DNA from: Geobacter metallireducens GS-15
GTDB taxonomy: Bacteria > Desulfobacterota > Desulfuromonadia > Geobacterales > Geobacteraceae
Assembly (NCBI RefSeq): GCF_000012925.1
Contig: NC_007517.1
Location: 2,820,001-2,852,000 of the forward strand
DNA: 32,000 nucleotides
Direction of reading: 5' to 3'
Below, piece by piece: positions 1 to 9,034 of the stretch. Each line of letters opens with the position of its first letter. Position 1 is the stretch's first letter. The notes beneath the pieces were generated by a model, which was not told the origin of the DNA, made no database searches, and saw only the letters and a list, made by a program, of their open reading frames with translations. The translations under genes were made by a program, and so were the position numbers.

Positions 1-795
1 ATCGCCGAGTCGGCCGAGTTCATCTCCCGACGTGATGGGCACCCGGGAGGAGAGATCCCCCTCCGCGCCGCCCTTCACGGCCTTGACCATCTGATCGACG
101 CGGCGAATAATGTTGCGGGTAGCAACAATGCCGAACGAAAAGGCGAGGGCCGCGGCACCGATAATCACGAAAATGAAGGTTATGGTTACGGAGGTTTTGA
201 CCCGCGACGTCTCCTTCCCCGCATCCTTCATCATCCCCTTGACCGTTTCGATGAGATCGTCGATATCACGGGCAACGAACTCGCTGGCACCGGAAAGCTC
301 CGAGATGAGGCGGGACTCGGACAGCGTGGACGGAGTCTGTTGGCCGGCAATAACAGCGGTTTTGTAAGCGATGATCTTCTCGGCAACCTTTTCGTATTCG
401 CCCCATGTTTCCGTGAGGGTCTCGGCGTGGGATTCCATGACGCTGTCCTTGGGCGCCGGGTGAATCCCCAGCGCCTCGTCCCCCTTGAGAAGTCCCGTTG
501 AGTAACGGCGGATGAGATCGCGGTTCTTGGTATATGAGTCGAGGTGCTCCTTCATTCCCTTTTCGTCAAGGTGCCCCATCAGTCCCTCAAGGAGGTCCGC
601 CCGGACGGTCCGCTCGGCCGACTGGAGCTGGAGCGCCACCTTCTGCTGATCGTACTGTTCCTGCAGGACGGTCCCGACACGGCTTGAAACCATGTTGATG
701 CTCCGGATGCCGATCAATCCGGTCACCGCCACGATGACGGCCATAATGATGAAGGATCCGATAAGCCGTACGCCGAGTTTCATATCCTTGAGCAT
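1..795 (-). CDS. methyl-accepting chemotaxis protein, N-terminal part (3' end lies beyond the window start)
   Basis: Absent from the ORF track because it runs off the window. My reverse-strand translation from the ATG at 795-793 gives MLKDMKLGVRLIGSFIIMAVIVAVTGLIGIRSINMVSSRV... This shows a TM helix, a helical periplasmic region of about 180 aa, a second TM helix (VTITFIFVIIGAAALAFSFGIVATRNI) and the start of a HAMP-like linker (VDQMVKAVKGGAEGDLSSRVPITSGDELGRLGD). Confidence 0.7.
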   Translation of the reverse strand, partial: MLKDMKLGVRLIGSFIIMAVIVAVTGLIGIRSINMVSSRVGTVLQEQYDQQKVALQLQSAERTVRADLLEGLMGHLDEKGMKEHLDSYTKNRDLIRRYSTGLLKGDEALGIHPAPKDSVMESHAETLTETWGEYEKVAEKIIAYKTAVIAGQQTPSTLSESRLISELSGASEFVARDIDDLIETVKGMMKDAGKETSRVKTSVTITFIFVIIGAAALAFSFGIVATRNIIRRVDQMVKAVKGGAEGDLSSRVPITSGDELGRLGD

Positions 796-908
796 AAAGT
801 GCCCCTGCGCATGAAAAATTTAATAATCAACTGGTCTTGATATAACAGCCAAGGTCTGATTTTTCAAGCGAAAAGAGGCTACCGACGCGGTTTCCCGAGC
901 TGCCGGGC

Positions 909-2813
909 CTACGCCTCCGACCGCTTGGTTTCGAGCTCTTCCCAGCGAAGGAGAAGTTCCTCCAGTTTCTCTCCCATATGGGCGAATTCCGTGGAAAGGG
1001 CCGCTATCCCCCCCGGCGCCCCAGCATAGGCGGCAGGATCCGCCAGGGCGGCTTCCACCTCCGCCGTCCGGAGCTCCAGGTGGGCGATCTCCGCCTCGAC
1101 CCGCTCGAGCTCCTGCCTTTCGGCAAAGGTGAGCCCCTTCTTGCGGGGCCGTTCGCGTACCGCAGGAGGTGCCGCAACGGGCCTGCCACTCCCGCCCTTA
1201 TTCTCTTCTTTCAGATTTTGCGCTCTCAGCTCCCGGTAGAGGGTGTAGTTCCCTTCGTAGAAGACGGTCCTCCCCTCTCCCTCGAAGGAGAGGATGCCCG
1301 TTGCCACCTTATCGAGGAAAAAGCGATCGTGGGTCACCATGAGGATACAGCCGGGAAAGCGGGTCAGGGCATCGTCCAGAAGCTGCAGCGTCGGGATGTC
1401 GAGGTCGTTGGTGGGCTCGTCCAGGACGAGGAGGTTGGCGTCCGCCAGCATGAGGCGCGCCAGGATGAGGCGGCTCTTCTCGCCGCCGGAGAGGGTGGCG
1501 ATCCGCCGCATCCGGTCGGACGGCGGAAAGAGGAACTCCTCCAGGTAGCCAATCTTGTGGCGCCGCTCCCCCCCCACCGTCACGTAATCCCCCTCGCCGA
1601 GGAAATCATAGAGGGTCAGTGACGGATCGAGGATTTCCCGGTTCTGGTCAAAGTAGGCGATGCGGGTCTTGGCACCGATTACCACCGTCCCGCCATCGGG
1701 CGGCTCTTCCCCCATGATCATCCGCATGAGGGTGGTCTTGCCGCAGCCGTTGGGGCCAATGATCCCGACCCGGTCGCCGCGCTTCATGAGGAAGGTGAGG
1801 TCGTCCACCAGGAGCTGTCCCCCCAGGGACTTCCGCACCCCCTGGAGCTCCATGATGGTGCCACCCAGACCATCACCGGGGGTGAAGGCGATGGTGGTCT
1901 CCCGGGTCGTCTCCACCTGTGCACGGGCCTCAAGGTCGTGGAACCGGTCGATGCGGGCCTTCTGCTTGGTGGTGCGGGCCTTGGGGCCCCGCCGCATCCA
2001 GGCGGTCTCGTTCCGGAGGAGATTCAGGAGCCGGTCGTGCCCCCGGGCCTCCCGGGCCAGCCGCTCCTCCCGCTGGATGAGGTAGCTGGAGTAACCGCCG
2101 CTGTATGCAGTAATCAGGCCCCGCTCCAGGTCCAGCATCCTCCCCACCACCTGGTCGAGGAAGTAGCGGTCGTGGGTTATGAGGAGCACCGCGCCGGAAT
2201 AGGCCATAAGGTGCTCCTGAAGCCACTGGACCGTGTCGGCGTCCAGGTGGTTGGTGGGCTCGTCCAGAAGGAGGAGGTCCGGGGCCTGGAGGAGGAGGCG
2301 CCCCAGGGCCACCCGCCGCTTCGTCCCGCCGGAGAGCTCGCCGAGACGCCGGTTCCGGTCGGGGATTCCCAGGTGGGTCATGATCTCCGCCACCCGGTGG
2401 TCGGTGTTCCAGCCGCCATGGTGTTCTATCCAGGAGGTCAGCTCTCCCTGGCGCTCCAGGAGCCGGTCGTGGTCCGGCGACGGCTCGGCAAGCTGTGCCG
2501 TCACCCCCTCGTACTCGGTCATGACCCGCCGGATCTCCACGAGACCTTGCTCAATCTCCTCGCCGATGGTGAGCCCGTCGTCAAGGAGCGGCTCCTGGGA
2601 GAGGTAGCCGATGGACGCGCCGCGACGGGTCATGATGGTGCCGCCGTCCCGCTCCTCAAGCCCCGCAAGGATCTGCATGAGGGTCGACTTGCCGCAGCCG
2701 TTGACGCCGATGAGGCCGACCTTCTCCTCCTCGCCCACGGCAAAGGTGACACCGTCGAGAACCGTGCGGGAGCCGAAACTCTTGGCGAGCCCGACAACAT
2801 CGATGACATTCAT
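909..2813 (-). CDS. ABC-F family ATPase (Uup/YheS-like; two ABC cassettes plus C-terminal coiled coil)
   Basis: 634-aa ORF. Two Walker A motifs (GVNGCGKST, GPNGCGKTT), two LSGG signatures (LSGGTKRR, LSGGEKSR), two Walker B motifs (LLLLDEPTNHLD, LLVLDEPTNDLD) and no TM segments. The Glu/Arg-rich helical tail is typical of ABC-F. Confidence 0.9.
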   Translation of the reverse strand: MNVIDVVGLAKSFGSRTVLDGVTFAVGEEEKVGLIGVNGCGKSTLMQILAGLEERDGGTIMTRRGASIGYLSQEPLLDDGLTIGEEIEQGLVEIRRVMTEYEGVTAQLAEPSPDHDRLLERQGELTSWIEHHGGWNTDHRVAEIMTHLGIPDRNRRLGELSGGTKRRVALGRLLLQAPDLLLLDEPTNHLDADTVQWLQEHLMAYSGAVLLITHDRYFLDQVVGRMLDLERGLITAYSGGYSSYLIQREERLAREARGHDRLLNLLRNETAWMRRGPKARTTKQKARIDRFHDLEARAQVETTRETTIAFTPGDGLGGTIMELQGVRKSLGGQLLVDDLTFLMKRGDRVGIIGPNGCGKTTLMRMIMGEEPPDGGTVVIGAKTRIAYFDQNREILDPSLTLYDFLGEGDYVTVGGERRHKIGYLEEFLFPPSDRMRRIATLSGGEKSRLILARLMLADANLLVLDEPTNDLDIPTLQLLDDALTRFPGCILMVTHDRFFLDKVATGILSFEGEGRTVFYEGNYTLYRELRAQNLKEENKGGSGRPVAAPPAVRERPRKKGLTFAERQELERVEAEIAHLELRTAEVEAALADPAAYAGAPGGIAALSTEFAHMGEKLEELLLRWEELETKRSEA

Positions 2814-3313
2814 TGCCGGAAACCTTTCAGCAAGTCGGTGACACCCTTGAGAATACCGGAAGTACGGTAGCGCTCCGGCACGGCAAACACACTCTCCTTG
2901 CTCACCGGCACCGTGGTGGTACCGAAGGGGGTTTCCACCTCGAGCCCGGCGTTCAGCCGATAGGGAATCTTATTCTGGTCTGGCTGGCGCTTGAGGATTT
3001 CCCACAGATCCCCATAAGCGACCTTGAAGGGAAGCCGCACATCAGTGGCCTTATCGGCGGGGAACTCGATCCGCTCGCGCTTTCCCCCCTTGGTGAGCGG
3101 GAGCGCCATGACGTTCAGATCATAGGTGTAGCCGTTCAGGACCAGGGGAAACGAATTGGGGTTGGTGACCGTCAGGAGGAACTCGAGATCCACCCCCTCG
3201 ACGCCGATCCCGACAACATTCAAATCCCTGACTTTCACTTCCGGCTTATCCAGGAACAGCGAACAGCCGGCGCAGAAAATCATGCACACAACCAGAATCA
3301 ACAGCTTTTTCAT
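2810..3313 (-). CDS. LEA type 2 / WHy-domain lipoprotein
   Basis: I start the ORF 2810..3388 at the internal Met (cat at 3311-3313), giving MKKLLILVVCMIFCAGCSLF, a lipobox. The body (KVRDLNVVGIGVEGVDLEFLLTVTNPNSFPLVLNGYTYDLNV) matches the LEA_2 pattern. Its stop TGA (2812-2810) overlaps the ABC-F ATG (2813-2811) as ATGA, suggesting translational coupling. Confidence 0.7.
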   Translation of the reverse strand: MKKLLILVVCMIFCAGCSLFLDKPEVKVRDLNVVGIGVEGVDLEFLLTVTNPNSFPLVLNGYTYDLNVMALPLTKGGKRERIEFPADKATDVRLPFKVAYGDLWEILKRQPDQNKIPYRLNAGLEVETPFGTTTVPVSKESVFAVPERYRTSGILKGVTDLLKGFRQ

Positions 3314-3455
3314 GCAACCCTCCTGACATCTCCGCGATTTGCAGCCCCACCTTACCACATCCGTCCCCTGCCGCGCGAGAAGTACCACGAAAAAGGGCAG
3401 ACTCCTTGCGAAGTCCGCCCTTCGTGCTGGGTTGTCCTGCTCGCCTGCGGCAGAG

Positions 3456-4103
3456 CTATGAGACCTTGGCGAACGAGAAGCGCAAATCCACGGCCCGGAC
3501 GTGGAGGGGAGTGCCGAGTTCCCTCAGGATCTCTCGCTGGTAGCGGCGGCGCTTGATTTCGTAGGCATCGGCTTCGGGACCGACGCCGCAGTAGAGTTTC
3601 TTTGCCCTCACCAGATTGCCGCGGGCCATGTCGAGCTTGGTGGCCAACTCCCGAACAGCGGCCTCCGCGCATTTTTCGTCATTGGCCATCTCGTGGGGGT
3701 TGAATCCGTGGCTCTCTGCCCGATAGGGCATGAGCTGCCAGACACCAAGGGCACCCTTCGACGAAACCGCCTTCGGGTCGAAGCCGATGGAACCGGTTTC
3801 GGCCAAGGCCAGTTCGGCAAGGTCGAGGGGCATGAAATCGGTACCGAGGGTTTTCAGGTAGCAGAGGGATGCGAGCCGGTAGGCCCGGTCGGGGGTGGTG
3901 CGTCGCGCAAACACCGTGGCAATGGCCCGTGCCTGTCGTTGACGTTCATCCAACTCGATACCCTGATCCATGAGCCGACGGACTTCCAGGTCAACACCGG
4001 ATTCGCTGAGGACCACCGTGACGGGGTCCCGGCGCAGAGCGGTCTGGTTGCAGGAAACACCAGTGAGCATCATGACTGCCGATAGAAGGATCATTTTTTT
4101 CAT
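3456..4103 (-). CDS. lytic transglycosylase (SLT domain) lipoprotein/secreted protein
   Basis: I start the ORF 3456..4265 at the internal Met (cat 4101-4103), giving MKKMILLSAVMMLTGVSCNQ. SLT-type motifs are present: LAETGS (catalytic Glu context) and GALGVWQLMPYRAESHG. Confidence 0.75.
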   Translation of the reverse strand: MKKMILLSAVMMLTGVSCNQTALRRDPVTVVLSESGVDLEVRRLMDQGIELDERQRQARAIATVFARRTTPDRAYRLASLCYLKTLGTDFMPLDLAELALAETGSIGFDPKAVSSKGALGVWQLMPYRAESHGFNPHEMANDEKCAEAAVRELATKLDMARGNLVRAKKLYCGVGPEADAYEIKRRRYQREILRELGTPLHVRAVDLRFSFAKVS

Positions 4104-4320
4104 AGTTATTTTTTGGGTCGGTTTTTGAGGCTTTGCCGGACGGTCAACGAAACGGAACGGGACAGCGCGACGAACGCGCAGGACCGGCACCGGCCAATAA
4201 CTCCTTTCCTTGATGTAGAGACGACTGGATTTCCAGGTCTCCCGGCTATGCGACAGAGTCGCCATGGTCCACGAAAATAGCTAACAAACATCCTTAATGA
4301 AGCAATCTCAACTCAGAAAC

Positions 4321-4350
4321 AGCAAAAGGACCCAAAGCGGGTCCTTTCCC
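4321..4350 (-). terminator. putative rho-independent terminator downstream of trpB
   Basis: Perfect 9-bp stem AAAGGACCC (4325-4333) / GGGTCCTTT (4339-4347) with loop AAAGC. On the minus strand it runs into TTTTGCTGTTTC. It lies about 140 nt after the trpB stop. Confidence 0.5.
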
Positions 4351-4487
4351 TGTGTCCGTTCTATTTTACGGACGAGTCGTGTTATACGGTAAAACAGCGT
4401 GCAATGTCAAGCTATTTTTTTATATTAGCCTGTATTTTCAACAAGTTACAAAGGCATTTTTCGGCATAGTGTTCATTTTTACAAATA

Positions 4488-5678
4488 CTAAAACTGTACC
4501 CCCATGGCGTCGGCCACCGTGTGAATATCCTTGTCCCCCCGGCCGGAGAGGCAGGCGACGATGGTCTGCTCCCTCGGCAGTGTCGGCGCCAGCTTCACCA
4601 CGTGGGCGATGGCGTGGGACGACTCCAGGGCCGGCATGATCCCCTCCTCCCGGGTCAGGAGCGTGAAGGCCTCCAGGGCCTCATCGTCGGTGACCGACAC
4701 ATACTCGGCCCGCCTGGAATCCTTGAGCCAGGCGTGCTCGGGGCCAACGCCGGGGTAATCAAGGCCGGCGGAAACGGAGTGGGCATTGGCTATCTGGCCG
4801 AACTCATCCTGGAGGAGGTAGGTCTTGTTGCCGTGGAGAACGCCGACCGTCCCGGCGCAGAGCGGCGCCGCGTGGGCTCCGGAGGCGATGCCGTGGCCCG
4901 CGGCCTCCACCCCCACCATCCGGACCTCCCGGTCATTGAGGAACGGGTAGAAGAGCCCCAGGGCATTGCTGCCGCCGCCGACGCAGGCAACGAGAACATC
5001 CGGCAACCTTCCCTCGATCTTCTTGTGCTGGGCCTTGGCCTCCCGGCCGATGACCGACTGGAAGTCGCGGACCATCACCGGATAGGGGTGGGGTCCCGCC
5101 ACGGTGCCGATCACGTAGAAGGTGTTGTGGATGTAGGTCACCCAGTTCCGCATGGCCTCGTTCATGGCGTCCTTGAGGGTGGCGGTGCCGGCGGTCACCG
5201 GCGTAACCTTCGCCCCCAGGAGCTTCATCCGGAAGACGTTCAGGGCCTGGCGCCGGATATCCTCCTCCCCCATGAAGACCTCGCACTCCATGCCGAAGAG
5301 GGCCGCAATGGTGGCCGTGGCCACCCCGTGCTGGCCGGCACCGGTCTCGGCAATGACCCGTTTCTTCCCCATCCGCTTGGCCAGAAGCCCCTGGCCGATG
5401 GTATTGTTCACCTTGTGGGCACCGGTGTGGTTCAGGTCCTCGCGCTTGAGGTAGATCTTCGCGCCCCCCAGCTTTTGCGTGAGCTTCTCGGCAAAGTAGA
5501 GGGGATTGGGGCGCCCCACGTACTGGCGGAGGTAGTAGTCGAACTCCTCCTTGAACTCGCGGTCGTTCTTGTAGTGGTTGTAGGCCTTCTCCAGCTCCAG
5601 GAGCGCCGGCATGAGGGTTTCCGGCACGTAACGGCCGCCGAACTGGCCGAAGTGGCCCTGTTTGTCGGGTAATTTCAT
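4488..5678 (-). CDS. trpB: tryptophan synthase beta chain (TrpB1 type)
   Basis: 396 aa. N-terminus [19 protein letters not shown], the PLP-lysine context [11 protein letters not shown], and GGGSNALG are all canonical TrpB1 motifs. Confidence 0.95.
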   Translation of the reverse strand: MKLPDKQGHFGQFGGRYVPETLMPALLELEKAYNHYKNDREFKEEFDYYLRQYVGRPNPLYFAEKLTQKLGGAKIYLKREDLNHTGAHKVNNTIGQGLLAKRMGKKRVIAETGAGQHGVATATIAALFGMECEVFMGEEDIRRQALNVFRMKLLGAKVTPVTAGTATLKDAMNEAMRNWVTYIHNTFYVIGTVAGPHPYPVMVRDFQSVIGREAKAQHKKIEGRLPDVLVACVGGGSNALGLFYPFLNDREVRMVGVEAAGHGIASGAHAAPLCAGTVGVLHGNKTYLLQDEFGQIANAHSVSAGLDYPGVGPEHAWLKDSRRAEYVSVTDDEALEAFTLLTREEGIMPALESSHAIAHVVKLAPTLPREQTIVACLSGRGDKDIHTVADAMGVQF

Positions 5679-5810
5679 GGATATCCTCCATCGGTAGTAT
5701 TAGAAATCAGTCGCACCGGCTGATATCGGGAAACTGCGGGCCATATATTGTCACACATCAGGAGGAGCCACATCAAGAGGCATTAACGGTCACCACGCAT
5801 TCGCAGGCTC

Positions 5811-6296
5811 TCAACCGCGGCGCGCCGCCTCAATTGCGGCGATGTCGATCTTTTTCATCTGCATCATCGCATCGAACGCGCGTTTGGCGGTGGCGGTATC
5901 GGGATCAGTGACCGCCTTCGTCAGGGCGATCGGCGTAATCTGCCAGGACACTCCCCATTTGTCCTTGCACCAGCCGCACACGCTCTCCTGGCCGCCGTTG
6001 CCGACGATCGCGTTCCAGTAGCGATCCGTTTCGGCCTGGTCAACGGTTGCGACCTGAAACGAGAACGCTTCGTTGTGCTTGACCTCAGGTCCGCCGTTGA
6101 GCCCGAGGCACGGGATGCCCATCACCGTAAACTCGACGGTCAGCACGTCCCCTTTCTTCCCCGACGGAAAGTCTCCCGGTGCGCGGTACACCGCGCCGAC
6201 AGACGAATCAGGAAAGGTCTGGGCGTAAAACCACGCCGCGTCCTCGGCGTCGCCATCGTACCAAAGACAAATCGTGTTCTTTGCTGGCTTGTCCAT
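5811..6296 (-). CDS. VOC-superfamily protein (PhnB-like / 3-demethylubiquinone-9 3-methyltransferase-domain family)
   Basis: 161 aa. ICLWYDGDAEDAAWFYAQTFPDS ... FTVMGIPCLGLNGGP ... CGWCKDKWGVSWQITP is the characteristic pattern of this family. GC content looks host-like. Confidence 0.75.
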   Translation of the reverse strand: MDKPAKNTICLWYDGDAEDAAWFYAQTFPDSSVGAVYRAPGDFPSGKKGDVLTVEFTVMGIPCLGLNGGPEVKHNEAFSFQVATVDQAETDRYWNAIVGNGGQESVCGWCKDKWGVSWQITPIALTKAVTDPDTATAKRAFDAMMQMKKIDIAAIEAARRG

Positions 6297-6469
6297 GTCA
6301 CGCCTCCATCGAGATGAGCCACCCTAGGCCGAAGGCAACGAATGTGTCGCAGCCAGAGGGGCATTGGCTGGCCAACATTTCCGCGTCAACGTACGACAGA
6401 ATTGTACCATTCCGGCGCGGGTTCGCTGTGCTTCTCATAGGCTGAGAGTACACAATTTACGACGATCCT

Positions 6470-6736
6470 CTATGGCTTAGTAAGCTCTTCGATAAAAGCA
6501 GCCATATTGGTAGCTTCGCTTAAGTCCTTGGTGAGGCTCAGCGCCTCAGCCGATATTTCCTCGCGTAGACTCAGAAACGTGTCGAAGCCCGTAAGGGGGC
6601 TAACATCGAAGTCGAAGTGCGCCATGTCCCCAGCTAGCGACCAGAGTTCGTGTACAAATCGGTCGGCTGAAAGATTATCCAGGTTGGTAAGCAAATCACG
6701 TCTGTGATCTTCGACCACCGCTTGTGCGTGCAGCAT
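6470..6736 (-). CDS. hypothetical protein (88 aa), originally the second gene of the methyltransferase operon
   Basis: The track ORF 6470..6811 begins at a TTG inside the reconstructed methyltransferase tail. The first ATG (6736) gives MLHAQAVVEDHRRDLL... and lies 25 nt after the reconstructed methyltransferase stop (6762). I recognise no family. Confidence 0.4.
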   Translation of the reverse strand: MLHAQAVVEDHRRDLLTNLDNLSADRFVHELWSLAGDMAHFDFDVSPLTGFDTFLSLREEISAEALSLTKDLSEATNMAAFIEELTKP

Positions 6737-6822
6737 TTGGTTGACCCTTTTTATACGGCTCTTATTGCTTTGAGGCGATAATTGTAACGAGCCCCTTGTC
6801 AAGGGTGGCAAGAGTTAAATTG

Positions 6823-8194
6823 GCCTCGTCCGCAGAATCTGTGGGTAGTTGGCTGAAAAAATAAGGGCATTGCCCCTCCGTGAAGGATAAGATTGTTTTT
6901 GCGAGAAACGATCAAGTCCGACACGGGAGAAGCAATGCTTATCAAGACTGTACTGAACAAGTTCGAGCGTTTCAAGTCCTTCATTTACGGAGATTGCCGA
7001 CTGGCGAAAGTCGGCGGCTCAGAAGCACTGGTCATTGACATCAAGGCTCGTCGCAACAGCAAGCCCGAATGCCCGGAATGTGGCAAGCGAGGCAAGACAT
7101 ACGACACGCAACCGGCCCGACTGTTCGAGTATGTGCCGATCTGGGCGTTCAAGGTCTTCTTTCGCTACGCTCCCCGTCGGGTTCTGTGCCCAATCCATGG
7201 GGTAAAGGTTGAATCCCTCCCCTGGGGGTATGGCAAAGAGCAAATGACGATCTCGTACCAGGTCTATCTTGCCCGGTGGGCTCGGCGACTCTCCTGGAAG
7301 GAAGTTGCCGAAATCTTTAAGACCAGTTGGGACAGCATCTTTCGGGCGGTGCAGTATGCTGTCGATTACGGCCTGGCAAACAGAAACCTTGATGGCGTTA
7401 CGGAAATCGGTGTTGATGAAATTGCCGTCTTCAAGGGCCATCAGTATCTTACGATGGTCTATCAGCTCAATGCCGGCGTCAGGCGTCTTCTCTGGTGTGG
7501 TCCGCAACGTCGGATAAGAACGCTACTGCGCTTCTTTCGGGAATTCGGCAAAGAACGCAGCGCCAAGCTCAAGTATGTCTGCAGCGACATGTGGGCACCG
7601 TATCTCAAGGTTATCGCCAAGCGGGCACCCAATGCCGTGAACATCCTCGACCGCTTCCACATCATGCGGAAGTTTAACGAAGCGATTGACGAGGTTCGGC
7701 GCACCGAAGCCAAGGAGTTCAAGGCCGCCAAGCAGGAGAACGTCCTGGAAAAGGGCCGTTGGTTGCTGCTGAAACGGCCGGAAAATCTGTCCGAGAAGCA
7801 GACGTCACGATTGGGAGATTTGCTCAAGCTCAACCTCTCATCAATCAAGGCATATCTGCTGCGCGAGGACTTTCAGCAGTTCTGGGACTACCAGCGGTCT
7901 GACTTTGCTGGCAAGTTCCTCGACGACTGGGTCATCAGGACAATGCAAACTGACCTGGAACCGATGAAGAAGGTTGCCAGGATGTTACGCAACCACAAAC
8001 CGATGATTCTCAACTGGTTCAAGGCAAAAGGCCGACTTTCCAGCGGCGCGGTAGAGGGTCTGAACCTCAAAGCAAAACTGACTATCAGAAAAGCGTACGG
8101 TTTCCGAACCATCAAGTGCCTGCAAGTGGCGCTATATCACACACTTGGCGACTTGCCAGAACCCCTGTGTCACCACAGATTCTGCTAAAGAGCC
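6823..8194 (+). mobile_element. ISL3-family insertion sequence (1372 bp) with 8-bp target duplication TTAAATTG
   Basis: Terminal inverted repeats are GCCTCGTCCGCAGAATCTGTGG (6823-6844) and the reverse complement of 8173-8194, GGCTCTTTAGCAGAATCTGTGG; the inner 13 nt are identical. Direct repeats TTAAATTG occur at 6815-6822 and 8195-8202. An 8-bp duplication is the ISL3 hallmark. Confidence 0.85.
6935..8188 (+). CDS. ISL3-family transposase
   Basis: The ORF 6893..8188 is probably started at ATG 6935 (MLIKTVLNKFERFK). It has an N-terminal zinc-ribbon CPECGKRG...CP and a DDE_Tnp_ISL3-like body (GVDEIAVFKGHQYLTMVYQL ... DMWAPY ... NAVNILDRFHIMRKFNEAIDEVRR ... SGAVEGLNLKAK). Confidence 0.9.
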   Translation: MLIKTVLNKFERFKSFIYGDCRLAKVGGSEALVIDIKARRNSKPECPECGKRGKTYDTQPARLFEYVPIWAFKVFFRYAPRRVLCPIHGVKVESLPWGYGKEQMTISYQVYLARWARRLSWKEVAEIFKTSWDSIFRAVQYAVDYGLANRNLDGVTEIGVDEIAVFKGHQYLTMVYQLNAGVRRLLWCGPQRRIRTLLRFFREFGKERSAKLKYVCSDMWAPYLKVIAKRAPNAVNILDRFHIMRKFNEAIDEVRRTEAKEFKAAKQENVLEKGRWLLLKRPENLSEKQTSRLGDLLKLNLSSIKAYLLREDFQQFWDYQRSDFAGKFLDDWVIRTMQTDLEPMKKVARMLRNHKPMILNWFKAKGRLSSGAVEGLNLKAKLTIRKAYGFRTIKCLQVALYHTLGDLPEPLCHHRFC

Positions 8195-8870
8195 TTAAAT
8201 TGAAACCGACAGCAGCTAGGATTTCCTTAGTCCATGTGAACGGAACCCGGCATTTGCGGTAGAAACTCTTCCTGAGATTCCAGCCACTGTCAATCTTTTC
8301 GTAGATTAGGTCATGCACCTTGACGTGCTCTAGCTCGTACTCAAGAAAGCAGGTAAAGATTTTGTCTGCATCGTTTCGGACTGGAATAAACCGATCCAGC
8401 CCCTCTAGAGCGGTCGTGAGATCACGGAAGGTCAGGACCAATCGGCCTTTCTCCTCCAAGGCTACAAAGGCTAATCGGCAGAGCTTCTCAACCGCTTCCC
8501 GGTTATCAAGGTGGGTTAAAGTGTCTCCCATACAGACGCACAACTCAGCCTTTCCCTGTAGATGTCTTGGAAAGTTCAGCAGATCGTCCTCTACGGTCAT
8601 TATAGATAGCTCGTCCCGCCGCATGTTCAACTCGACCAACAGCTTAGGGGAAAGGTCGATGGCTGTAACCTGAAAGCCCGCACGGGCCAGCGGTATTGAT
8701 TGAAAACCTGAGCCGGCGCCGAGGTCTATCGCCCGGCGGTTGCCTTGCGGGGTGATCCCGTGGGCCGCGAAGAATCTTTCGTTTTCCGTTGCCCTCGCCT
8801 CAAAGCTGCCAAAGAGCCAGGAGTAATGATCAGCCAAGAGATTTTCGTAATGATCGCGGATGTAAGACAT
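8112..8870 (-). CDS. class I SAM-dependent methyltransferase; the native C-terminus is replaced by an ISL3-encoded tail
   Basis: SAM-binding motif AIDLGAGSGFQSIPLARAGFQVTAIDLS. Codons 1-225 (8870-8196) are native and the last 27 residues (RLFSRICGDTGVLASRQVCDIAPLAGT) are read from the IS end. Removing 6823-8202 restores ...GFNLTLATLDKGLVTIIASKQ* (242 aa, stop at 6764-6762). Confidence 0.8.
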   Translation of the reverse strand: MSYIRDHYENLLADHYSWLFGSFEARATENERFFAAHGITPQGNRRAIDLGAGSGFQSIPLARAGFQVTAIDLSPKLLVELNMRRDELSIMTVEDDLLNFPRHLQGKAELCVCMGDTLTHLDNREAVEKLCRLAFVALEEKGRLVLTFRDLTTALEGLDRFIPVRNDADKIFTCFLEYELEHVKVHDLIYEKIDSGWNLRKSFYRKCRVPFTWTKEILAAVGFNLRLFSRICGDTGVLASRQVCDIAPLAGT

Positions 8871-8909
8871 TTGTCCTCTTTCTACATAAAGGTTTTGTGC
8901 GGCTGGGAC

Positions 8910-9034
8910 GGGGGCTGGGAAGGGGACGGGGGCTGAGTACCGGGAAGGGGACGTAGTTGATTTGTTGATTTAAGCGTTGAGTTAGTCAACTAATCAACTA
9001 CGTCCCCCGATAGACCCCGTCCCCCGATAGACCC
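8910..9034. repeat. copy 1 of the ~85-bp imperfect palindrome family (composite/nested copy)
   Basis: The core GGGAAGGGGACGTAGTTGATTTGTTGATTTAAGCGTTGAGTTAGTCAACTAATCAACTACGTCCCCCGATAGACCCC (8942-9018) is identical to copy 2. It is nested inside a second partial pair of arms: GGGGGCTGGGAAGGGGACG at 8910-8928 and GTCCCCCGATAGACCC at 9019-9034. Confidence 0.9.
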
